This document shows positions 36,414 through 47,782 of a DNA stretch of 64,000 nucleotides, piece by piece (position 1 is the stretch's first letter; each line of letters starts with the position of its first letter). A model generated the notes under the pieces. That model worked only from the letters and a program-made list of their open reading frames with translations. It made no database searches and was not told the origin of the DNA. Source of the stretch: Vitrella brassicaformis CCMP3155. Taxonomy: Eukaryota; Protista; Chromerida. The stretch covers positions 124,001 to 188,000 of the forward strand of contig CDMY01000466.1 in assembly GCA_001179505.1 (NCBI GenBank), in the 5' to 3' direction. Made by a program: the position numbers and the translations under genes.

Positions 36414-37070
36414 TGTCGCTGCAGCTTGCAGCCAGTGAATGGCCGCCGAGGCGGCCAAGAGGGCATTGAAAAAAAAGGAAAACGGAGAAGACATGAGCAA
36501 ATCTATATGCTATTCTCTTCCTTCTGTCTTGCTTACGTACCTGAGCGGCTTGCCGCCAGATCCCTCTCGTCAGCTGGATGACAAGTCAGACAAGCATCTG
36601 AAGTATGGCGCAGATCAAGGATCGATTGAAAAGAATCGGTGATCATTCTTAACGTGCACGTGACGGGGGTACCCGGCTCTCTCTCTAGTCGCGAGGCTGT
36701 GGTTGTTTCGTTGGACCAAAGCATTGCCTTTCTGAAAAGCAGAAACGAGAAGACTGTCGCCAACAGCTCCACAGACGGCAGGGCGCGGCGCACTTCCAGT
36801 TGAAGGGACGAGACGGACCTCATAAGCCGATAAATAGCGAAAAATCTCGCGGCACATCTACAGGACGACAGCAGGTCATAGAAGGCGAGCAGGTCAGGCG
36901 ATGGCTGCTGCAGCAACTGCTGTCAGATTACATGGGGTCCGCTTACTTTAATGATGACTTTGCGCGGGCTCATTGACGTCGTGCAGAAGAGGGTTTGAAA
37001 AATCCGACAGATATAAAATGTAGGCACCGATCTGCAGGCGCACACAGAGGGGACGAGAGACATGAGTGTG
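36414..37070 (-). repeat. Copy 2 of the ~670-bp duplication (F-box-like exon)
   Basis: Colinear with 32123-32790. Also reads CREIFRYLSAYEVRLVPST in another frame, so it is frameshifted. Confidence 0.85.
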
Positions 37071-40000
37071 CAGAGTGAGACTCGGGATCCTGCACACGGC
37101 AGAAGATGACCTTTCCTCTGTGTGTGTCCGTAACCCCTGATGCGATCGTTGCTTTCTGCCTTCTTCTCATCTCGCGGGGCGATGAGGGGGAATCTGACAG
37201 AGACGGCAGGAGAGGAATGCACTGTGTGTTGGCCAGCAATTGTCATGTGCTCTCTCGCTCATTTTCCCCTGTTGTGGTCTCCATCATCGAGCGGCACCAC
37301 GAGCATAACTGCGACACAACCTGACTGACACACCCACATCAGAAGAGAGAGAGAGAGAGAGAGACGCCATCACAAGTTGATCCAAACATTGAAGGCCATG
37401 ATTAGGGGCCATCGTATCGGTGTCGTTTGGTGCTGTCCTGTTGCTGACTGTGTGTGAGGGGGGGACGCGCAGCATCCACAGAAGCTAGAGCCCCGAAGAC
37501 CTTAAACGAGCACAGCGGTCTGCAGACACGGGATCGCAGAGACACCATCGTGCCAAGTTACATGTATCGTGAGGCGCTCCTCAAAGTACTTCACAGCGCA
37601 GCGCATCGGTCGATTTGGCGTAAAGAATCCGCCGAATATAAAGCGTAGGCAGCGATTCTGAACACGACCAGACATGCAAACACAGTTTCAATGTGACTTG
37701 TTCGAAGGCGGGTTGAGCTCGTCAGAGTTGGACGTTATGATTGATGACGTGTGGGTATTTGCCTGAGACCACATACACACACAAGTAAGACGAGGAATCC
37801 CGAATGTGAGCGACCTTCCATTCTTTAATTAATGAATACGTACCTGATCCATTCATGAAGGTCTCGAGCTGAAAGTCCGTGGTGGCCTCCGCCAACATAT
37901 ATGAAACATGGCAGTAGTACACTTGGACGTCGCGCGGGTAAGGGTAGATGACATGTAGGTATCGGCCTGAGACCACATACACACACAAGTCAGACACGAC
38001 AAATCCCGTATGTGAGCGACTTTCCATTCTTTAATTAATGCATACCCGAGCCATTAAGGAAGTTCTCGACCTCAAACCTCGTGTAGGCCAATGCTAACTT
38101 ATCAAACACCTCCTGCCGCACACACACATCACCATCAAGGAGGGGAATGCATGCAATGCACCCATACTCGTTTTCTCCATCCAGGCAATGAGGAATACAT
38201 CTGTCTGTCTGATGTCGAGGAATGTTGGAGGAATGCATCGCTCCCGTCGCCACAAAGGCACTCTCTCTTGCTATTCTACCGCTGGCATCGCTCTCTGCCC
38301 TCCTTGCTCCGTCCTTTGTGTGTCGTGCTCACCTCCTCTACGTCGTTTGCCTCGGTGGCCATGTGGGCGGGGGTTGCGGCGACGGCCATCCGGCTGGCCG
38401 TCCCTCCCGCACACATGGCCACGTACGCAGAAACACTCTCAAAGAAAGGCATTCTCACCAAATGCCGCAGCCGTCCCAAAAGCACTGAAGCGATCGCTGG
38501 GGGCGGAGAAGCCCGCTGAGCGGTTCCCAAGAGATATTTGCCCTGCTTATGACGAGTCGTGAGATATTTGGCTCTCGGCTGTCTGTCTCTTGTGGCCGCC
38601 GGGGGGGCTGAGCTCGTCGAGTAGGACTTTGCAGTAGTAGACCTGGAACTCATGGGTGTGGGTGCTAATGATGTGGATGTATTCACCTGAGACCACATAC
38701 ACACGCACACAAGTAAGAAGAGAAATCCCGAACGTGAGCGACTTTCCATTCTTTAATTAATGCATACCCGAGCCATTAAGGAAGTTCTCGACCTCAAACC
38801 TCGTGTGGGCCAATGCTAACTTATCAAACACCTCCTGCCGCACACACACATCACCATCAAGGAAGGGAATGGATGCAATGAGGAATGCATCTGTCTGTCT
38901 GATGTCGAGGAATGCATCCGCCTGCCCTTGCGTGGCTATTCTGCCCCTGGCCTGCATGCATGGCCTCCCTCGATGCCTCCCTCATCTCATTAATCGTGTT
39001 GTGTCGCGTCGTGCTGTTCACCTCAGCTAGTCGGCTGACTACCTCGACGCCCTGATGCATTCATTCATTAATGCGCACACCCAGACACACAGAGGGACCG
39101 ACCGGCATTCACATTGATGGTCGTTTGTTTTTCGTCGGCTCTCCGTTGTCTGTGTCCTGTGTGTGCCGGGCGGGTTGAGCTCGTCGATTAAGACTTTGCA
39201 GCAGTAGACCTGGACCTCATGGGTGTGGGTACGGATCACGTTGATGTATTCACCTGAGACCACATACGCACACAAGTAAGAAGAGAAATCCCCAATGTGA
39301 GCGACTTAATGCATACCCGAGCCATTCATGAAGTTTTCCATCTCGAACTGCGCGGTGGCCTCCGCCAACTTCTCGAAAAGGTCCTGCCGCACACACACAT
39401 CACCATCAAGGAAGGGAATGCACGCAATGCACCCATACTCGTTTTCTCCATCCAGGCAATGAGGAATGCATCTGTCTGTCTGATGTCGAGGAATGTTGGA
39501 GGAATGCATCGCTCTCGTCGCCACAAAGGCACTCTTTCTTGCTATTCTACCGCTGGCATCGCCCTCTGCCCTCCATGCTCCCGTCCTTCGTGTGTCGTGC
39601 TCACCACGTCGCTATCGTCTGCCTTGGTGGCCATGTGGTCGGGGCTTACAGCGACGGCCATCTGGCTGGCCGTCCCTCCCGCCCACATGGCCACGTAGGC
39701 GACGAAACTCCCCAACTGACAGAGAGGGCCTCACCAGAGAGAAACCAGCCGGAGAAGATAACTGACTTGAGAGAAAAGACGACGAAAACGAAAGAAAACC
39801 CCCAGAAAAAGACGCAGTCTCGCGTCGAGAAATCTCGCCTAATTTGAGAAGTGACGAAGGGACAATAGTCTTCGATGTACAATGACGGCTCCTCACCTGC
39901 GTAGCGATGGGCTCTTTTTGAACAACTTTTTGGTCTCTGCCTCCGCCTTGGTGCTTCCTTCACCTTCACTCTCAGCAGGTCAGGTCGATATGAAGTCCCG

Positions 40001-41005
40001 CCTCTTGAAATATGTTTCTGCGAGGGAAGAAATCCGGAGAATCGACTTGGACACTGCACAGTGACGACTCGCCTTACCGACACACTTACCACCTGTGGAG
40101 AAGTGTGCCGAGAAATGAGACAAATCAGACTGCCTTTCTCCGCCACCTTATCTGCACACGTCAGGAGTGGCCACAGCCGATGCGCGTGCGCACACATTTA
40201 GGCCTCTGAGTCACTTGCACCATGCACCACACAGCGATTGCCACACACACGAAGGAATACCCAACCCAACCACCACAGTCGACAGGACTGACCTGAACCA
40301 GGCTTCCACGGGGGAGAGAGAAGGCACGTGTCCTCAGCGTAGCCGCACCCAGGCGCCACGCTCTCGGCAGGCGGCAGCCTGAGGGCGCCATGGCTGCCGG
40401 CAGGCTGCCGGCAGGAGGCGAAACCAAGATGTTGCGGCCGGCCTCCAGACGAGCGGGAGGGCTCGGGAGGGTCTTGGGCGAGCCACATAGGATGACAAGC
40501 AGCCCGAAAGAGAAAGAAATAGAGGAGCTGTGGCCAGGAGAAGGCAGATGGAGAGGAAAACCGCAGCGGTGGTGAAGAAGACAGCGAAAGTCGAATAAGT
40601 GAATTGTCCCGTCTCTCGCGTCGAGAAAATCTCGCCGAAGAAGAGTGAAAGCGACAGGCCGAATGACAAGTCTGGCAGTGCTTCAGTTCCTTCACAGTGG
40701 AGTGGCGAGTGCATGGGGGCGAAGGGCTGCGTCTCAGGCCCCCAGGATCGGCCGCATGCATCATTCATTCATTTCTGATCTTCAACGTCCGCCTTGTAAG
40801 GCCAGCCTGAGTGCAAGGCCAGCCCTACAGACACAAGGCTGGCCTTGTGAATGAAGTCTGACGGCAGATCTTGCAGCCTCGTGTCTGCTGGCTTTGGATC
40901 GGATATCGCCGGTATTGCAAGTTGCCGAACATCAAAGTACAGGGATCAAGGATGAAAACAGGCCACGTCTTACAAACACATCACACACGTCCATCCGGAT
41001 CCCTC

Positions 41006-42538
41006 CTATTTCCCGGCCCTTTTGGCCCTGACGATTATCTTGTGTTTTCTCATGGCGTCGAGGACGTTCCAGATCAGCTCCACAAAGTCGTTCTCCGTGT
41101 TGTTGAGAGTACCTGCAAAGACGAGCCCGCCCTCCGGCCACAGCACGGCGAAGGAATTGCCGTGGCCAGTGTGGCCCACCAAATGGCCAAGGCCGTCATC
41201 CAACACAGTGCTCATCACACCTAAGGACACACACACACATACACACATGAGATCGATGGCTGGGTGTGTCCCGTGTGTGACGTGGCTCCCTGGCTCACTT
41301 ACCTAGTCCATAGGTGATGTCTGTGGTGTCGAAGTAGTTCGCCGTTGGGCCGCACTCGCGCATCGCCGCCAATGTGCTTTCATTGCCAAAGACGCCGCCC
41401 GTGAAGAGCCCACGCACAAACCGACACAGATCCTCACACGTGCTGCCAAACAAGTCCGTCCGTCATGACGCAGACACACACACAGGCACACAGATTGGGA
41501 CAGGTATACACACATCGATAGGTCTGTGCTGACCTGATGACTCCGCCGCCCGCCCACTCCGCCGTCTGGCGCCGCTGTCCCCAGATGTCATCCTTGCCCT
41601 CATACCGATGGCACACACACAACTCGCACCTTCAAACACACAAACACACGTAGATGATTCGATCGATGATGGGTCAGGTGCATCCTTGTCTTTATGTGTG
41701 TCACCTCGGCGGTTCTCTGTAAGCCGTCCATGTGTGTGTCATGCCCAGGGGAACGAAGAGCCTCTCGCGCAGCACCTGCTCCAGTGGCCGGTTCTCGATC
41801 TTCTCAATCAGCAGACCCAGCAGCACGTAGTTGGTGTCGGCGTAATAGAACCGCTTCGTTTTGGCCGGCAGGGCGGCCGCATACGGCAGCACCTCCAATG
41901 GCGACCACTCGCGGTGCTCATCGGCCTCAAAGACCTGACAACAAACAGATAAATGGGCACAGACAGATTTCAGCGGAGATGCAGCCAATTGCTGACTCTG
42001 ATGAACTGCTTGCTGGCCCAGTACTCGGGCAGTTTGCTCGTGTGGTTGAGGAGCATCCGCACAGTGACCCTCTCGACGTCCAGCCCCCCCAAGGCATCCT
42101 CACTTAGGTGGTCGGCCACTCGGTCGTCCAGCCCCAGCCGCCCGCCCTCCGCCAGCAACAGCACACACGCCGCCGTCATCATCTTGCTCGTCGACGCTAT
42201 CTCGAAGGGCTGCGATGCACTCAATGGCTCGGTGCACTGATCGGCCCGCTGCGCCAGAGTGCCGTGGGAACCTTCGAACAACAGGCGGCCATCGAGGGTC
42301 TCGATGCGCATCAGGCCAGGCCCATAGCCGCGATTGGCACCCACCGTCTTGACCAAAAGGCTCTGCGCAGACAGCATAGCGCACAACGCGCAATGACAAG
42401 ATCTGGATCAAATGATTCATCTTTTGTCAGATCTTGTGGCTGTGTGTTGTGTGATTGCCGTGTGCCTGCCTGTGTTCGGTGTCTGACGCCCTCAAGGTCA
42501 TCCTCGGCGACGATGAAGCCGTCGCACTGGCCACTCAT
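41006..42538 (-). CDS. Beta-lactamase-family serine hydrolase (class C / R61 DD-peptidase-like), multi-exon
   Basis: FEIASTSK (SxxK), VTVRMLLNHTSKL, FYYADTNYVLLGLLIEK, LFVPLGMTHT, EWAGGG, YGLG| and VGHTG motifs. Confidence 0.9.
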
Positions 42539-42651
42539 GGCACTGTCACCGGCAGCACCAGCAGCAGCAGCACCACGGTGGGCGGACCGTGGAGGAAAGC
42601 AGCACAGATGGCCTCCTATCGTGAGATAGGGAGGGAAAGGAAGGCAAACTT

Positions 42652-42704
42652 GGTTCAAGGGTTCTAAAACCCTGGTAGGGTGAAGGGTAGGCAAACCCTG
42701 AACC
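42652..42704. promoter_or_regulatory. Telomere-like palindromic element (two AGGGT-N4-AAACCC units within GGTTCA(A)GGGTT..AACCCTGAACC)
   Basis: About 115 bp upstream of the serine hydrolase ATG. Same core as 3495, 7145, 57587 and 61907. Confidence 0.5.
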
Positions 42705-42958
42705 CCACCGTGAGCATCAAACCAGCATCAAACTGTTTTGACGAGGAGAGTCCCGTTCATCATTGCATCCCCTGCCTCCCATCTTGGTGTCAGTCTCCCA
42801 CACGAACAGTTCTCGCCATCAAAATGTCAACAGCAGCACCGAACGGGCCGAGCCCCATTTGCATTCTCAGTCACGGCACATCGACAGACATGTACAGTAC
42901 CCATACGAACACGGCATCCCCTCTCATCTCATCTGATCTCATCCCATCTGATCTGATC

Positions 42959-45694
42959 TCATCCCTTCATGTCGGCCTCTTGTCTCTCGGACCGACAAAT
43001 GTAGAAAACACTCAGAGCAATGAAGCACGTCAACGCTGCACCGACACACAGAAGAAATCCGTGCCACGCCGGCTGCCCGACCATTGTGTGTATGATGGCA
43101 CCTGCGATGTGGCACCACTTGTCGGCCAGAACGATCATCGCCAGAGAGGGCAGAATGCCTGCAAGAGATGACAGAAGGGACAGATCGTTTCAGCACACCG
43201 ACCCCCACGTACTCTGGTGGCTCACATGCTGCACACAAGGGCACGGTGGCCATCAGACCTCCAGGCACATGATACAGTGGCTCTCGGCCGGACCCTGCAC
43301 ACACACACAATGCATGAACCACATGGGCAGACTTCTTTGCGCATCTTTCAGGCGGATGCCTGGCGTGTTTCATACCGGGGTTGTTGTCTGGCGGCTGTGA
43401 TATCTCGGTGGAGAGGGTGGTGGACCGCCGCAGAGGGGCCGTGTCGTCGTCATTGTCTGTCGGTCCCCTCAGTCGCAGCACGAGAAAGGCCGTCAGGAAG
43501 ACTGTCAGGGCCAACGCGTCGAAGTACATGGCCGCATTCACTGCACCACACAGCGGACGAGACACATCGTATGGTAGAGTTTTGGTGGTTTGTGTGTGGG
43601 GCATACCGAGCTTTGAGAAGTCGTTGATGCAGCATAGGACGGCTGCAGATGACAGTCAGTCACACGGATGGCGTCGTGCATGACGCATGCGACCGGTATA
43701 CCTGTCAGCAAGGTGCTCGCAGCGATGACACGATAAGGGGTGCCATACTGCGGATGCAACGCACCTGAAAACGACAGTCGGGCAGGCAGCTAGGTGCTCT
43801 CATCGACCATGTCTCTCTCTTTGTCTGTCCTATGTGAGTGGTTGGTTACCGATCCAAGAGGGCAGGACCGTCGAAGTGCTGCAGATGGCCGCGAACTCAC
43901 GGCTGTAGGCGCAACCCAACACTGACGGATGAAGCAAGCGTGTGCGTCCGTTATGGCCACCATCACATCATCGACCCACACAGATCATACATACCGATGA
44001 GCTGTCCAAAGGCAAGGGAGGCACCCTGACACACACACACACACACAAGCAGTGCAAACCGTCGCATTACCGACCGATGCAGGATGCCATGATATCATCC
44101 CCTGCCCACCGTGATGCCGATGAGCTGAGCGAATGGTGCACCGCCCATCTCATGCGCCAGCTGGGAGTAGAACCTGCACACAGACGCACCAGGCGTCACT
44201 CACTGCACTCACCCATGGATGCCTCTGTCGTGTGTGTGTGTACCCAGGTTGCCATTGGTGCAAATCTAGCCATGGGCTGTGTCCCTGCAGCAGTCGGACC
44301 TGCCAGAAATACCCAACAGATGCGGCGAGAGGGATGACCATACTGCATGTTGACAGCAGCAATGCAACCCTGACACAATCACGACCGCGACATACGTATA
44401 CACACACACACACACACACACTGACTCGCCGTGGCCTCTGTTGCCTGTCTGCCTTGCCCAACTTGCTTACGTCATGGCTCTCGGGAAGCTTCGAGACGGC
44501 CTGTGGACCTCTCCACCGCAAGACGCGGCCTGGTCGAATCCGCTGCTGTTCCACACAAGCAGCGAGACGAAGGTGCTCCACGTCAGGGTCGGCAGCCGCA
44601 CGCTCGTGGTGGGGTGAAGCCACTCGAACGCCTCCAACACGTGACCATGACTGAAGAGCCAGAAACGAAGGAAGCCCACCTTCTTCACAAGAACGTCAGC
44701 ATGGTCAGCAGGAAATCCAGCATCGGTCTGACCTGAGCAAATGCCTGATTGCCACGGTCGTGAAGGCTCCCACGGTGGTCAGAGAGACGCAAACGAGAAT
44801 CTCACTGCACCTGCCGACCAACCTCACGCCCCGGTAATTGGCCACCAGCATGATTAGCAGCAGCACCCCAGGCAGTGCCACACGAAGGGCCATCCGTAGC
44901 GACGGCGGCTGTGTGGCCCAGAGTGGTTCGAGGTAGGAGAGCAGTAGGGGCGGGATGGACGCCATATTGATTTGGTTGGCTGCACCGCTGAACCTGCAGA
45001 CGCACACGCAGAGATGATGAGTCGGGGCATGTGTGTGGGATGCCAGGCTTACAGGGCGAATATGAAGGAGGTGAAAGGACCCAGCGTCTTCTCGACTGCG
45101 ACAACTTGGGAGCCCTGCAGTGCATTGCATTGTGTTGCGCCACACAGAGAAGTCAGGAGGTCGTCAACAAAAGGTGTCCGTCTCAGCAGACCATGTATGG
45201 GTATCTTGACGTTAGCTCCGATGTCATCAGTCCGACAGGAAGGGCCCACAGCAAGGGCATCAGCACCGCCCCACACACAGCAAGCAGCGGCCCCGCCAGC
45301 TGCACCGATTCCTCCACACCGAAAGGCCCGCCGTTGCAGAAGAACAGCATCGCCACCAGCTCAGTGCAGCCAAGAATTCTGCACACATACACACAGCACA
45401 GCCCGGGACAGCCATTTCATTCGGCTCTTCGTGCGCCTATCGTGTCTGCTCACCTTCTCTGCTTGCCCTTTGCAGGGTCGATAGAAGCGCCGACTCCCAC
45501 CTCGCCGTCGCCATCGCTGTCTGAAGCCTTTGCACTGCCCCTCTCCGCTGCATAGTGGGCCGATTCTTCCGAGGCCCCATCTGCAGATAGGGCGCGACGG
45601 ACGACGGCCGCCTTAGCCCTCTCCTCGCTCAGAAGGGGCAGGGTCGCCTCTGAATCGCCATTCTCAGGGAAGAACCACGTCAACAGGGATGGCA
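42959..45694 (-). CDS. APC-family amino acid/polyamine transporter (plant PUT/LAT-like), multi-exon
   Basis: LFFCNGGPFGVEESVQLAGPL, PLLWALPVGLMTSELTSRYP, YLEPLW, LVANYRGVRLVG, LVWNSSGFD, HPQYGTPYRVI and LYHVPGG. Last exon ends EADMKG*. Confidence 0.9.
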
Positions 45695-45855
45695 TGTCGG
45701 AAAAGTGGGGAGCACACAAAAAGGTGAGCTCGCATTCGTGCGAGCTTTTTGGGAAATAACGCTCCCGTACACGATCGCATTTGGGCGTGAGCGGACGAAA
45801 GACGGCAGGGGAGTGAGTGTGTGGCCAGCGCGTGACCCCCCCACCGATCCTCACC

Positions 45856-47219
45856 ATGACCAAAGCAACGACAGTCGTCCTTCTCATCGCCCTGTGCGTG
45901 GTGTCCTGTTCGGCACAGGACCGCCGCCGTCGGAGAGATCGGAGCGAACCGACGTTCCGCAGATGCCCCACCGACACAGTCATCATCCAGACGGACCCGG
46001 GCAAGAGCACCGGCACCATCAAGTATCCCGACTTCGATGTTCACGTGAGTGGGGGGTGGGGTCGCAGGGGAGGGAGGGAGGGGGGCCGTGTTAGCCAGAG
46101 AGGGGGTGGATGGGGCAGATACGGATGCTCCCGTACGCTTCCGTACACACGGGGAGAAGCGTCGCATGCACGTGGTGAGGAAGGATTGTGTGGTGTGCCC
46201 ATCCGTGCATCAGGACCTGGACGAGGAGGGCAACACGACGCCCGTATCCAAGATCAAGCTTGACTTCCGCCGCAACTCGCCCAAAGCCGGCGACCAGAAG
46301 GAGGTGGGCCTCTACCCGGTGCACGTCGTGGCCACCGACCCCTCCAACAATGCCGCCACCTGCAAGTTCACCGTCCAGGTCGTCGACCAGGAGTCGCCCC
46401 GCTTCACAGCCTGCAAGCCCAACAAGACCGAAATCATCGTCTCCCGCGGCGACCAGAGCGCGCTCCTCCAGTACGAGCAGCCGAAGGCGATCGACAACGT
46501 CGATGGTGAGGACGTCAATGTGACCTTCGTCGAGGGGGTGAGGTCGGGCGAGGTGCTGGAGAACCTCGAGGAGACCACTGAGGTCGTCTGGGAGGCCACC
46601 GACTCCGCGGGCAATCGGGCCTTCTGCAAGTTCTTCCTCAGACTCAGACGTAATAACCACAACCACACGCATGGCCAGGAGAATGAATGCACCGATTTGC
46701 CGTGTCTCGTGTCGTGCAGAGACCGTCATGAGCGAGACGGAGCTGCAGGCCATGATGGATGACCTGCCCAACGCCGTGATGGCCGTCCGCAGCGTCGCCT
46801 CGCCCGCCGCCCCCGGTGAGCTGAACGACAACGACCTTACCGCTGGCCTCTTCGAGACCAGCGCCGTGCGAGAGCGACAGGAGCGGATGCCCAACCGCAT
46901 GGACCTGCCTCTGACGGCCCGTTCGGGCAGGGGCGACAACATCCACATCCTCTCCAAGCACATGAACATCGCCGTGGCCGACCTGGGTCCCAGCATGCCA
47001 AGTGAGGGCGAAACCCTCGAGGGCGACGACCTGCACGCCCTGGCCCTGTCGGCCACTTCCTTCAGGAAGCCGACCACCGTGGAGAAGAAGCATCGCGTGG
47101 GTCTGCTGGACGAGCCCAGCGAGAGGCGTCTGCAGCAGGGGCGGATCTTCAATGGCGACGGCTCTGGCCTTGGTAAGAGCAGTGACATCATCAGGAACAG
47201 CAGACCGCTGGGGCGATAG
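45856..47219 (+). CDS. Secreted protein with two HYR (hyalin-repeat) domains
   Basis: Signal peptide MTKATTVVLLIALCVVSCSAQD. DRSEPTFRRCPTD...VATDPSNNAATCKFTVQV and DQESPRFTAC...ATDSAGNRAFCKF match the HYR consensus. Confidence 0.85.
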
Positions 47220-47782
47220 GAGATAGGAGACAAGGAGGAGAGGCGGGGGAGGGAGGGAGGAAATAAGAGGTGGTGGAAGTGAGGCGATGTGTCGTATGTG
47301 TGTTGTGTGTGCGTGTTGAGTGAGTGTGCATGCTCGTGTGTCTGTCCATATTTGTTGTGCCGTCATAGCGCGCTGGCCACACAGAGTGAGTGAGGGAGGG
47401 AGGGGGGGAGGGGGAGGGACGCATTGTGTTGCCTGCGATGGTCGATCGTGAAGTCTTTCTCTTTCTGCCCACCATCACGAGACGAGTTACTTTTGGCCTT
47501 ACTACTTATAGTCGTTAGTTTTCGTTTTTGTCGGCGTGAGTGAGTGTGGGAGTGAACGGACTTACTGCCTCGATGGATGGTCTTCTGTCGGTCGATGATC
47601 AGAATTAACGCACGGTTCGTCCGGTCCTCTCGCTCGTTGCCTTTTGCCTACCACACACGCGCTAGATTGTGCCTGCCTTCATGTACACGACACACAACCT
47701 GACCTGACCACTAATTATTCACCCGAGAGACACCAACTTAATCCGGCTTTGTTTGGTCTGGTCTGTGTGCTGTTGATCGATC

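Larger units (their letters stand above)
33420..39700 (-). repeat. Repeated two-exon unnamed domain, about 5 copies (33503-33569, 37844-37966 fused, 38046-38112, 38768-38834, 39317-39383, plus downstream exons)
   Basis: 67-nt exon (D/E)(L/V)F(D/E)KLA.A...F..ENF.NGS-G is bounded by a GTGTGTGTGCGGCAG acceptor and a GTATGC donor. It is followed by a TCTCAG acceptor and G.Y.(H/N)VI......(V/F)QVYYC. Confidence 0.75.

Noticed and set aside
39700-40900. Possible 5' exons of the shuffled cluster
   Set aside because: Splice-like signals exist, but I could not build a consistent frame or start codon.
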